Below, piece by piece: positions 23,620-32,432 of a stretch of 64,000 bases of DNA. The notes beneath the pieces were generated by a model that saw only the letters and a program-made list of their open reading frames with translations, ran no database searches and had not been told where the DNA came from. Source of the DNA: Spirochaetes bacterium GWF1_51_8 (GTDB lineage Bacteria > Spirochaetota > Brevinematia > Brevinematales > GWF1-51-8); the NCBI GenBank assembly GCA_001829415.1, contig MIBE01000070.1, positions 45,041 through 109,040 on the forward strand, read 5' to 3'. Numbering within the stretch: the stretch's first letter is position 1; the number at the start of each line of letters is the position of its first letter. The position numbers and the translations under genes are program-made.

Positions 23620-24813
23620 TTACGCTTTGGGTAACTGCGGGGGTGTTGGCGGAGTGGGCTCGTCGTGTAATATGGATTTCCCGTCGGGGATCGTCCGTAG
23701 TGCCGCGATCTTCGACGGTTTGACAAAACTTTCGATATAGCAGTTTCCGCCGATTTCGGTGCGCGCGGGGATGACCACGTCCTTCCCGATCAGAGTGACG
23801 CCGAAGTTGAGGATTTTCGGATAGTCCTCGTTCCGTTTCGACGGTTTCGGGTTGCCGATTACGACATTGCGCTCGATATTCGGGATCGAGTTGTCGCCGG
23901 AGAACTCGTCAATGATCGTGTTCTGGATCACGGCTCCGGCGCCGATATGGTTGCCCGGCAGGATGATCGAGTTCTTGACTATCGCGGTCGGGGCGATTTT
24001 GACATTGGAGAATATCACCGAATCCTGGATTTTACCGGACACGTCGGAATCCTCGCCGACTATCGAATGGATAAAGTGACAGCCTCGCGCGATAGTCGCG
24101 GGAACAAGCCTCGCCTTCTCGCCGCGGATCGGGACATACGCGTTATACTGGTCGTAGGTCAGATAGCTGTCGATCATATCGATATGGATCCGGTAGTACT
24201 CTTCGATACTCTTGAACGGGATGACATAGCCGTCGGTGATATCGGTGACCGGCATATCAGCGTCGATCTCTTCGCGGAATTTCGGCACCTCGATCAGCGT
24301 ATCGTGCTTTTCGATGATCGCGGTCATTTTTTTCATGAAGAGATTTTTATCCAGCACAATCAGCGGGCATGCTTCGCGTTCGCCGTCTTTCCAGCGGAAC
24401 GCGGTGGACTTCGTTTTCACATACTCCTGGTGGTAATGGCGGAGATTGAACCAGACCGGGTAGCCGCCGTTAATCATGCCCACCATGCTGACCTGTTTCT
24501 GATTGGCATATTCGTTGAAAAATTCGATGAACTCGGTCTTGAGGTCGAGTTTGTCGAATACATAGAAGTCCAGAAACGGCCAACTGCTCATCAGGTAACG
24601 GGCGACGATTTCCTTATCCTTATCCGTGAAGATGAGGAAATCCGTGACCCCGACAGAGTTCAATGTCGCGATAGAGAAGTCGATATTCCTGAAACGGGGC
24701 GAGAACGGGAGAAGGAAGTGGTCGACATACTCGTCAAACGACAGATACCCGCCGAAGGAATTCCCGACTATCACGCCGAGGTTGAGACGTTTTTTTCCGC
24801 CGAATATACTCAT
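23620..24813 (-). CDS. GlgD-like degenerate nucleotidyltransferase with a left-handed beta-helix domain
   Basis: 397 aa. The N-terminal NTP-transferase-like region lacks a clean GGxGxR motif ('VGNSFGGYL'). C-terminal hexapeptide repeats 'VIFSNVKIAPTAIVKNSIILPGNHIGAGAVIQNTII'. Confidence 0.7.
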   Translation of the reverse strand: MSIFGGKKRLNLGVIVGNSFGGYLSFDEYVDHFLLPFSPRFRNIDFSIATLNSVGVTDFLIFTDKDKEIVARYLMSSWPFLDFYVFDKLDLKTEFIEFFNEYANQKQVSMVGMINGGYPVWFNLRHYHQEYVKTKSTAFRWKDGEREACPLIVLDKNLFMKKMTAIIEKHDTLIEVPKFREEIDADMPVTDITDGYVIPFKSIEEYYRIHIDMIDSYLTYDQYNAYVPIRGEKARLVPATIARGCHFIHSIVGEDSDVSGKIQDSVIFSNVKIAPTAIVKNSIILPGNHIGAGAVIQNTIIDEFSGDNSIPNIERNVVIGNPKPSKRNEDYPKILNFGVTLIGKDVVIPARTEIGGNCYIESFVKPSKIAALRTIPDGKSILHDEPTPPTPPQLPKA

Positions 24814-25865
24814 TTCGTTGCCTGCCTGAACATATTTTCGATATTCCGCTCAAACGGCGGAAGGATGCCGCCCCGGTCGCTGATAATCGCTGTGACCAGT
24901 TCCGACGGGGTAACATCGAATGCCGGATTGTACGCCTTTGCGCCCATGGGCGAAGTGCGTATCCCGGCGAAACCGAGGACTTCTTCCCGCGACCGCTGTT
25001 CGACCACTATCCCGCCGCCGTTCGCGAGGGAGAGATCGAATGTCGATGCGGGAGCGGCTGTATAGAACGGGATACCGTGGTACTTCGCGAGCACCGCGAG
25101 GGAATAAGTCCCTATCTTGTTCGCGAAATCACCGTTCCGGGCGATCCTGTCCGCCCCGAGTAAGACCGCCTGAGCGAGCCCTTTCCGCATTACGTCGCCG
25201 GCCATACTGTCCGTGATAATCTCGTAAGGCACGCCGGCTCTTTCCAGTTCCCATGCCGTCAGACGCGAGCCCTGAAGAAGCGGGCGCGTCTCGTCGACAT
25301 AGACCTTTATCTTTTTGCCGTCCCTCTGCGCGCGGAAAATCACCGCGAGCGAGGTGCCGTTACCGCCGGTAGCGAGCCCCCCGGCGTTGCAATGGCTGAT
25401 AATACCCATTCCGTCACTGATAAACTCAGCCCCGTATTCCCCGATCCGTTCACTGCTCTCGAGGTCTTCACGGTGAATACTCAGGGCTTCCGTGCGAAGC
25501 CCGTCGAGCATTCTATCGGACGACTCCGAAGCGCGGATCACCTGAAGCTGTCTGTCCAACGCGTAAAACAGGTTGTATGCCGTCGGACGGCTGGACTTGA
25601 TATATTCGACAGCCCGTTCGGCTTCCGCCCTGAGGGCTTCCGTTTCGCGGGCCGATTTAAAGTTCGCGAGATGGACATAAATCCCATAGGCGGCGGCGAC
25701 CCCGATAGCGGGAGCGCCTCTGACCGCAAGCGTCCGGATCGCGTCGAAAACCTCTTCCGACGTCCGTATCCGGAGATATTTTTCCTCGCCCGGCAGAAGA
25801 CGCTGATCTAATAAAACAAGCGTTTCCCCTTCAAGCCGGATATGATCGACTACCGGGTTATTCAT
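24810..25865 (-). CDS. mtnA: Methylthioribose-1-phosphate isomerase family (eIF-2B alpha/beta/delta-like)
   Basis: Start is set at the internal ATG ('MNNPVVDHIRLEGETLVLLDQRLLP'). Motifs 'LAVRGAPAIGVAAAYG', 'HCNAGGLATGG' and 'DETRPLLQGSRLTAWEL'. ATGA overlaps at both ends. Confidence 0.8.
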   Translation of the reverse strand: MNNPVVDHIRLEGETLVLLDQRLLPGEEKYLRIRTSEEVFDAIRTLAVRGAPAIGVAAAYGIYVHLANFKSARETEALRAEAERAVEYIKSSRPTAYNLFYALDRQLQVIRASESSDRMLDGLRTEALSIHREDLESSERIGEYGAEFISDGMGIISHCNAGGLATGGNGTSLAVIFRAQRDGKKIKVYVDETRPLLQGSRLTAWELERAGVPYEIITDSMAGDVMRKGLAQAVLLGADRIARNGDFANKIGTYSLAVLAKYHGIPFYTAAPASTFDLSLANGGGIVVEQRSREEVLGFAGIRTSPMGAKAYNPAFDVTPSELVTAIISDRGGILPPFERNIENMFRQATK

Positions 25866-26611
25866 AGACCGTTTTTTCGGAACAGTTTGCGGTAGATAGT
25901 GACAAAGAAAATGATCGTGATCCTGAACCATCTGACCACATTGAACGGGTTCCGGATGAGGCGATACAAGCCCGTCCACTCCTTCTGCTGAACCCAGATC
26001 GGCGGCATCTGTTTCCGTCCGGCGATCACCCTGAACGCGTCGTCGGCGCCCACCACTACCGAACTGGAGAGGTTCTGCGACTGCTCGGTCAGCCAGATTT
26101 CCTGTTTCTTCCCGCCGTTCAGTCCCGCGAAAAATATCTGCGGAGCGCTTTTCCTGAACGCGATCTGGACATTCTCCAGTTCCGCCGACGAGATATTCGA
26201 CGGGTAGTTGCCGACAATCCTGACTTGCGGGAATGACTTACGGATCATGTTGACCGTGAGACTGCTGATCTGACGGTCGCCGCCGAAAAGGAACACGGTA
26301 TAGCTCATTTCTTCGGACGCGCGCAGAAGGTCGAGCATCAGCGTGACAGGCATCGTGATCGGGACTTTTTTCTTGGTGAACAGCTTGACCGCCCAACGCA
26401 CGGTCTGCGACGAGCAAAGCACGATCTCCGCGCGGTTGATGATCTCGCGGAGCTGTTTATCGAAGATAGAATGGAACATTTTCTTCTCGTCGAGGATGAG
26501 GATACGAAATTTGCCCTTTTCGAATAGGGTGGTGATCAGGTACTCGCGCAGAGCGTCCCGTTCGATCGGGGTAACCTTGAGGCCGGAAAATTTAATCGCT
26601 ATGGGAATCAT
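25862..26611 (-). CDS. WecG/TagA/CpsF-family glycosyltransferase
   Basis: 'VFLFGGDRQISSLTVNMIRKSFPQVRIVGNYP...APQIFFAGLNGGKKQEIWL' matches the Glyco_tran_WecG pattern. Confidence 0.8.
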   Translation of the reverse strand: MIPIAIKFSGLKVTPIERDALREYLITTLFEKGKFRILILDEKKMFHSIFDKQLREIINRAEIVLCSSQTVRWAVKLFTKKKVPITMPVTLMLDLLRASEEMSYTVFLFGGDRQISSLTVNMIRKSFPQVRIVGNYPSNISSAELENVQIAFRKSAPQIFFAGLNGGKKQEIWLTEQSQNLSSSVVVGADDAFRVIAGRKQMPPIWVQQKEWTGLYRLIRNPFNVVRWFRITIIFFVTIYRKLFRKNGL

Positions 26612-26700
26612 CAGGACTCCTTTTTACCCGGCCCCGGAACAGGGGAAGAATAAAGAGGCACAGGCGGATTCCCCTCAGATTCCTGCCGGACGTTGATGAT

Positions 26701-26729
26701 TATTATATCCAGAAAACCGAATTATATCA
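26701..26729 (-). promoter_or_regulatory. sigma70-type promoter of the wecG-mtnA-glgD-like unit
   Basis: On the minus strand: TTGATA (26729-26724), 17 nt, TATAAT (26706-26701). Confidence 0.55.
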
Positions 26730-26738
26730 AACTTTACC

Positions 26739-28454
26739 CTATGTGTTCAGGAAGTCCTTGCCGGAGAAGAGGTAACGCTTGATCTTCTTCGTGGACGTCT
26801 TGTCGAACTCGTCCCGGCGGATCCTAAATCCCTGTATCTTCTGGTAGTCCTTCATCAGCCTGTTCACTTCGCGGACTTCCTTATCGATATGCTTCTTGAT
26901 ATTGTCTTCGGTGTTCTTGAAACCCTGCGTGCTCGCGAGAAGGTTGAAGTATTCGTAGTCCGGTACGATGAACGCGTAGATGTTTTCGCCCTTGTTGTCG
27001 CTGCTCTCGGGTACGCCGATCACTAACGCCTCGAGGATGCTCGGGCAGTTGTTCAGGTTCTCCTCGATCTCCTCGGGGTAAACATTCTTCCCGCCGCGTG
27101 TCACGATAATGTTCTTACTGCGGCCGGTGATATGAAGATAGGTCTCGCCCTCGAATGTGTCGATCATCCCGATATCGCCGGTATGGAGCCAGCCTTCCTT
27201 ATCGATCACCTCGTCGGTAGCCTTTTTATTCTTATAATAGCCGAGCATGATATTCGGGCCGCGCGCGATGATCTCGCCGTGCCCCTCGGCGTCGGGTATA
27301 TGGATCGCGACTTCGACATCGCGGATCGGGATACCGACCGTCTCGTTGCGGATCTTCTTCTCGAGCCGGTTGACCGAGATGACAGGCGACGATTCGGTCA
27401 GCCCGTAGCCGTTGAGGAGGCTGAAACCGAGAGTATCGAATCCTGTCGCGACTTTATTGCTGAGCGGCGCCGCGCCCGAGATCATGAAATCGACTGAATC
27501 GAGATTTGCTTTCTTACGAATAAAACGCATCAGGCTTTTTCCGGATTTGAACAGGCCTGCCAGTCCGTACATGAACATGACGATCATGCGGACAGGAAAA
27601 GCGAGGGCGCGGATATTACGCATAATACCCTCGTAGATTTTTTCAAAAAGGAGCGGTACGCCGATCATCACGTTGGCCTTGGTCTCGGCGACATTGGCGA
27701 GCATCTGCTTGGGTTTCAGCGATTCGGCGTAGGTGATCGTCCCGCCCTTGAACATGACAGTCAGCTCCACACTGAACTCGAACGTATGATGGAGAGGCAG
27801 GACGCTCAGGAGCACTGTTTCGGTGTTCAACGGTACGGCGTGCTGCAAGGAGTTTACCTGCGACGCGAAATTGGCATTTGTGAGCATGACACCCTTCGGC
27901 TTCCCGGTGGTGCCCGACGTGTAGATCAACGACGTCACATCCTCGGGTTTGACCGGATGATCCTTCAGTTCGTACTTTCTGCCCTCTTCGAGCACTTTTT
28001 CGAAACTCACGATCTTTTTATCTTTCAGCATCTGTTCGGTGGGGTCGAAGACGATGAATTCCTGAATATGGCTCATCAAATCCGGTTCCGATGCAAGGTT
28101 GTCGTAGCATGCCTTGGAGAGGAACAATACGCGCACTCCGCAGTCGAGCACGAGGTTTTTTACCTCACGGTCGGTGAGGCGCGCATCGAGCGGAACCGCC
28201 CAGATACCGTTGTAGGTGATTCCGAGATACGTCATAAACCATTCGGGACGGTTTTCGGAATAGAGCGCCGCGAAACCGTTTTTGCCGAGATGCTTGACCC
28301 GTTCGAGATACACGCTGACAAGTTTGGCATTGCGCTTCAGGTCGTCGTAGCTGTATTTCTGGTACTGCTGATCCGCGCCCTTCATCTGACAGACAGACTT
28401 ACCGCCGTAAATCCCAATGTAGTTCACATACTCCTGCATCGTCCTGATTTCCAT
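26739..28454 (-). CDS. Long-chain fatty-acid-CoA ligase (AMP-binding family)
   Basis: AMP-binding motif 'IYTSGTTGKPKGVMLT' and 'GYGLTESSP'. The start is set at the ATG preceded by a GGAGGTG RBS. Confidence 0.85.
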   Translation of the reverse strand: MEIRTMQEYVNYIGIYGGKSVCQMKGADQQYQKYSYDDLKRNAKLVSVYLERVKHLGKNGFAALYSENRPEWFMTYLGITYNGIWAVPLDARLTDREVKNLVLDCGVRVLFLSKACYDNLASEPDLMSHIQEFIVFDPTEQMLKDKKIVSFEKVLEEGRKYELKDHPVKPEDVTSLIYTSGTTGKPKGVMLTNANFASQVNSLQHAVPLNTETVLLSVLPLHHTFEFSVELTVMFKGGTITYAESLKPKQMLANVAETKANVMIGVPLLFEKIYEGIMRNIRALAFPVRMIVMFMYGLAGLFKSGKSLMRFIRKKANLDSVDFMISGAAPLSNKVATGFDTLGFSLLNGYGLTESSPVISVNRLEKKIRNETVGIPIRDVEVAIHIPDAEGHGEIIARGPNIMLGYYKNKKATDEVIDKEGWLHTGDIGMIDTFEGETYLHITGRSKNIIVTRGGKNVYPEEIEENLNNCPSILEALVIGVPESSDNKGENIYAFIVPDYEYFNLLASTQGFKNTEDNIKKHIDKEVREVNRLMKDYQKIQGFRIRRDEFDKTSTKKIKRYLFSGKDFLNT

Positions 28455-28566
28455 AAAAACACCTCCAGACAAAATAAAAAATAATTATTGCGACTTATTA
28501 TATTGTAAAAAGAAGCTTCGTCAAGGGGTAAATTATTCTAGAGTTCGGAAAAAGACTGTAAACAGG

Positions 28567-29172
28567 CTAAAGATAGCGCCGGACACGTTTTTTGTACTCA
28601 CGGTACTCGCCGCCGAAACTTGCTTCGAGAAACCTTTCCTCGGCCAGAACCTGCGAATGTACTACCGGCACGAAGATGAATATCCACACGAGAAACACCG
28701 GTAAGGCGGCGATCAGGAATACGCCCGCGGCCATCGAGAAGAAAAAGAGATAGATAGGGTTGCGCGAGAACGAGAACACCCCGGATGTCACAAGCCCGGC
28801 GGGGCGTTTGGAATCGATCCCGATTCGCCAGGACACACCCATTTCGATCGAGGCGAGGACGAACAGCAGAAACCCGCCCGCGATCAGGACGCATCCGGCG
28901 ATATCGAACGCGATATGGTCAAAAAGGACAGTATACGCGATACCCGGGAGCAGGCGGATACCGAGATGGAGCGACGTATTGACAACCTCGTAGAGCCAGT
29001 ACAGCGCCGCCGGGAAGCTCAGGAGGTTCACTATCTTCCGCACCGGGTTATCCTCGTTGCCGAACACGACGGGGATAAAGCCTTGCCGGGCGGCAAGTGT
29101 CGCTGCACGGGTAACCAATACCGCGAAAACCGCTGTCAGCGTAAAGAAAAGGTAATAATCGAAGAAGTTCAT
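28567..29172 (-). CDS. Isoprenylcysteine carboxyl / phospholipid methyltransferase-family membrane protein
   Basis: 'GLVTSGVFSFSRNPIYLFFF' and 'LAEERFLEASFGGEYREYKKRVRRYL' are ICMT/PEMT hallmarks. Confidence 0.75.
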   Translation of the reverse strand: MNFFDYYLFFTLTAVFAVLVTRAATLAARQGFIPVVFGNEDNPVRKIVNLLSFPAALYWLYEVVNTSLHLGIRLLPGIAYTVLFDHIAFDIAGCVLIAGGFLLFVLASIEMGVSWRIGIDSKRPAGLVTSGVFSFSRNPIYLFFFSMAAGVFLIAALPVFLVWIFIFVPVVHSQVLAEERFLEASFGGEYREYKKRVRRYL

Positions 29173-29672
29173 TCTATTTCTCCCGCCGACTCGGAGGAAT
29201 CCGGGGCAGTGTCTGGAGGCGGGTATTTCTCCATGAACACGAGATCGATCTTGTCGTTCAGCCGGAGCTTCTTGAAAATGACATAGCCGAGCTGTTCATA
29301 GAGCCTGATATTGCCCGCGCTCTTTTCGCCGGTGAAGAGCTCGAAACGGACGGCGCCGGGAAACTCAGACTCTATTCTGACCATGAGTTCCCGCCCGATG
29401 CCCCGTCTCCGGTAATCGGGATGAGTCATCAATCTCCCCACTAAACAAGCCTTGTTGTCATCGAGGCAAGCCCGCACCGAGCCCACAAGCCGCCCGTCCT
29501 CGATAACGGCAATGACCGTTTTCTGGGCGCATTCCGCGGTCAGGTCGTCGAGTGTCTGGGTGAGAGGCGGGATGGTATAGTCGCCGTAAAGCTCCGCTTC
29601 GGTGATATAGGCAAGTTTTTGCAGTTCCAGCAGTTCGGGGTATTCGTCTGGGCGGACGTAACGGATAGTCAT
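29169..29672 (-). CDS. GNAT-family N-acetyltransferase
   Basis: 'LMTHPDYRRRGIGRELMVRIE' is the acetyl-CoA-binding motif (R/QxxGxG/A). ATGA overlap with the downstream gene. Confidence 0.8.
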   Translation of the reverse strand: MTIRYVRPDEYPELLELQKLAYITEAELYGDYTIPPLTQTLDDLTAECAQKTVIAVIEDGRLVGSVRACLDDNKACLVGRLMTHPDYRRRGIGRELMVRIESEFPGAVRFELFTGEKSAGNIRLYEQLGYVIFKKLRLNDKIDLVFMEKYPPPDTAPDSSESAGEIE

Positions 29673-29879
29673 AGAAGTTCCTAATATTTCGATAAGGGCG
29701 ATCTAAAAATTATAAACATCATAACATTAAGTATGGTATATTTTGACAACACGCCCAATGGTCACTTCCTTGCCGCCGAGAATCGGCGGTTATTAGAAGT
29801 GCCCATAGTATATTTTCTCTGATAAGCGGGGGTTTGTCAAATCGCGGGGAACTGTTCCCGAATTCGGATGTGCAAACCC

Positions 29880-29906
29880 TACACCATTTTTATAATATGC
29901 CGATAC
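29880..29906 (+). promoter_or_regulatory. Possible sigma28 (FliA)-type promoter ahead of the flgN-like/flgK/flgL genes
   Basis: TACA (29880-29883), 15 nt, GCCGATAC (29899-29906), against the consensus TAAA-N15-GCCGATAA. This is a single instance, so it is tentative. Confidence 0.35.
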
Positions 29907-29950
29907 TTGAAGAGAGACAGGGATGTCTAAATATATCCATGGAGGGTGAT

Positions 29951-30454
29951 ATGCCGGCAGACTGGATGAAAGAACTCGCGAATTTCGAGACGGTGTTGAA
30001 TGAATTGACCGCGGCGGTCGAATCGCTTGTTTCGCACGAGGAACAGAAATACGATGCGCTCAAGCAGATCGATGTGAAGAAGCTGATGGAGCTGAATTCC
30101 GAAGAGGAAATCCTGATGCAGCAGCTGGACGGACGCGACAAGAAGAGGGCGGTGCTCATCAACCGGATGGCGAGAGAGTTCGGGATAGAGCCGTCGGCGC
30201 CCCTGAGCGAACTCATCACCCAATTTCCGTTGGAGATGCAGGAACGGTTTCACGAACTGCGGCGGAAGATCAAACGCCTGAGCACGAAGCTCGAAACGGC
30301 TGTCCGTGAGAACTCACGGCTGATTCAGAACAATCTCAATATTATCAATTTCACGCTGAATTTCGCGAACCGCGGCGCGGTGACCGAAACTTATAATTAC
30401 CGCGAACGCGGCGAAGGGCATAAAAACCTGCATATTGTCAACAGGATTGCCTGA
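29951..30454 (+). CDS. FlgN-like flagellar export chaperone (putative)
   Basis: The start is set at the ATG 4 nt after a GGAGGG RBS. About 167 aa and all-helical, with heptad-like Leu spacing. Sits directly upstream of flgK as in many flagellar loci. Sequence similarity is only family-level. Confidence 0.6.
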   Translation: MPADWMKELANFETVLNELTAAVESLVSHEEQKYDALKQIDVKKLMELNSEEEILMQQLDGRDKKRAVLINRMAREFGIEPSAPLSELITQFPLEMQERFHELRRKIKRLSTKLETAVRENSRLIQNNLNIINFTLNFANRGAVTETYNYRERGEGHKNLHIVNRIA

Positions 30455-30464
30455 CTTTTTAGCA

Positions 30465-30498
30465 GTCACTTCTTTATCTGGGTATTTATAGAAGTGAC
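30465..30498 (+). promoter_or_regulatory. Hairpin in the flgK leader, immediately 5' of the RBS
   Basis: Perfect 9-bp stem gtcacttct (30465-30473) with agaagtgac (30490-30498) and a 16-nt loop. AAGGAGG follows and the ATG is at 30514. Confidence 0.35.
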
Positions 30499-30513
30499 CA
30501 CAAGGAGGATCAC

Positions 30514-32415
30514 ATGTTATCGACATTTCACGGCGTAGAACTCGGAAAGAAAGGACTCAACGCGCATCAGGTCGGAATGGACACGATCGCGCATAACCTC
30601 GGCAATATAGAAACGCCGGGCTTCTCGAAGCAGAAGGTGAACAACACCACCTTCCACCCGATCTACGAGCCGTCGGCGAACCATCCCAACCAGGCCGGAC
30701 AGATCGGCACGGGCGTAATGGTCGAAAATATCGAGCGCGTCAAGGACGCGTTGATCGACGACCAGATATTCTACGAGAAGGGCGGGCTGGGGTTCTGGGA
30801 CGCGAAGCAGGACTATCTGCACAAGATCGAGATGCTGATGAACGAACCCGGGAAGCCGAATATCCGTACCGTGATGGACGCGATGTGGGAAGGGATCACC
30901 AAGGTGGTACAGGATCCGACCGAGATCGCCGCGCGTTTCGAGCTGATCGAGCGGGCGAAGGCCGTGACCGACACCGTGAACCATGTCTATAACTCGTTAA
31001 GCAAGCTCCAGGAAGACGCGAACATGCTGATTATCGACAAGGTCGCCGAGATCAACTCGATGGCAAGCGAGATCGCTAAGCTCAATGTCCAGATCGTAAA
31101 ATCCGAAGCGCTCGGGGACAATCCCAACGACCTTTACGATAAACGCGACCTCCTGATCGACAAGCTCTCCAAGCTGATCGATATCAAGGTGGAGCGAAAG
31201 AATAATAAAGAAGTGATCATTTATCTCGGTTCGGAAAACCTCGTCCAGGGGCCGATTTTCAACCCGCTCGTCGCGAAATCCAATCCCGACAACAAGGGGT
31301 TTGTGGACATTCAATGGGAAGACGGGCGTTCGGTACGTCTGGGCGAAGGATACCTCGCGGGGCTGCTTTCGGCTCGCGACGAAGACCTGCAGGGCGCGAT
31401 GAACAATATCAACTCGCTCGCGGTCAACCTCACCGACGCGTTCAACGAAGTCCACAAGGACGGTTTCGGCCTTAATAAAAGCACCGATGTCAACTTCTTC
31501 AAGGCGATCCCGTTATCGCCCTATGCCGACGGCGGCTACGACTTCAACAACGACGGGGTAGTGGACGGGACGGCTCTCTTCAAGGTCAGCGGCACCGAAG
31601 TTTTGAAGAAAGAGACCCTTGCCGGCACGGGCGGCTATCTCAACTTCGGCCCGTCGAAGGCGAACGGCCCGGATATAGTGGTACAGTACCAGCCCACCGA
31701 TACGATACAGGCGGTGATGGACAAGATCAACCAGTCCGAGGCGGGAGTGACCGCGTACCTGAACCACAAGGGACAGTTGAGCCTGAAGGCGAAGTTTCCG
31801 TCGGACAACAGTTTCCCCGAGTTCGCGATTCGCCATATCGAGGACAGCGGTAACCTGCTGACCGGAGTGGCCGGCCTACTCGCGGGTTCCGGCGCGCAGA
31901 ACTCGTTCGACTACAAGAATGTCAACGGCATCGCGAAGTTTATCTCGCCCGCGAACAATATATCGTTCACTCCGCAGACCAATCCGGCGGGATGGATGGC
32001 GGTCGACGATATGATCCTCGCCGACCCGCAGACGATCGCGGCTTCCGGCGGTATCGATACCACCGGCGACGGCAACCCGAACATGATGAATGGGCTCGCG
32101 GACAACCGTAACGCGATGGCGCTCATGGACCTGCGTTACGCCAAGATCATGGTCGAGTCGCAGTCCACATTCGGCGAGTTCTTCCAGAGCATCATCGGCG
32201 ACTTCGGAGAACGATCCAAAACGGCGATTACAAATTTCGACAAAAACGACGGCGTGGTGCAGAGTTTACAGAACCTGAAGGACAAAATCAGCGGGGTGAA
32301 TGTCGACGAGGAACTGACTAAGATGCTCCAGTTCCAGCACGGCTATAACGCGTCGGCGAAGCTCGTGACGGTGTTCGACCGGATGCTCGAGACGATACTC
32401 CGGATGGGCGCGTAA
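30514..32415 (+). CDS. flgK: Flagellar hook-associated protein 1
   Basis: N-terminus 'GLNAHQVGMDTIAHNLGNIETPGFSKQ' and C-terminus 'EELTKMLQFQHGYNASAKLVTVFDRMLETIL' are the conserved FlgK terminal domains. Confidence 0.9.
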   Translation: MLSTFHGVELGKKGLNAHQVGMDTIAHNLGNIETPGFSKQKVNNTTFHPIYEPSANHPNQAGQIGTGVMVENIERVKDALIDDQIFYEKGGLGFWDAKQDYLHKIEMLMNEPGKPNIRTVMDAMWEGITKVVQDPTEIAARFELIERAKAVTDTVNHVYNSLSKLQEDANMLIIDKVAEINSMASEIAKLNVQIVKSEALGDNPNDLYDKRDLLIDKLSKLIDIKVERKNNKEVIIYLGSENLVQGPIFNPLVAKSNPDNKGFVDIQWEDGRSVRLGEGYLAGLLSARDEDLQGAMNNINSLAVNLTDAFNEVHKDGFGLNKSTDVNFFKAIPLSPYADGGYDFNNDGVVDGTALFKVSGTEVLKKETLAGTGGYLNFGPSKANGPDIVVQYQPTDTIQAVMDKINQSEAGVTAYLNHKGQLSLKAKFPSDNSFPEFAIRHIEDSGNLLTGVAGLLAGSGAQNSFDYKNVNGIAKFISPANNISFTPQTNPAGWMAVDDMILADPQTIAASGGIDTTGDGNPNMMNGLADNRNAMALMDLRYAKIMVESQSTFGEFFQSIIGDFGERSKTAITNFDKNDGVVQSLQNLKDKISGVNVDEELTKMLQFQHGYNASAKLVTVFDRMLETILRMGA

Positions 32416-32432
32416 GATTCAAGGAGGAAAAA

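Noticed and set aside
23531-23718. Diversity-generating retroelement (template/variable repeat pair) as the explanation for the duplicated GlgD-like 3' end
   Set aside because: Differences are not confined to adenine positions (c/t, g/a and indels occur). No reverse transcriptase gene is nearby, and the copies are directly tandem.
29773-29789. Hairpin ccgccga-gaa-tcggcgg as a terminator
   Set aside because: It lies in a divergent promoter region (GNAT gene on the minus strand, flgN-like gene on the plus strand) with no upstream gene to terminate and only a weak T-tract. It is too small to interpret.
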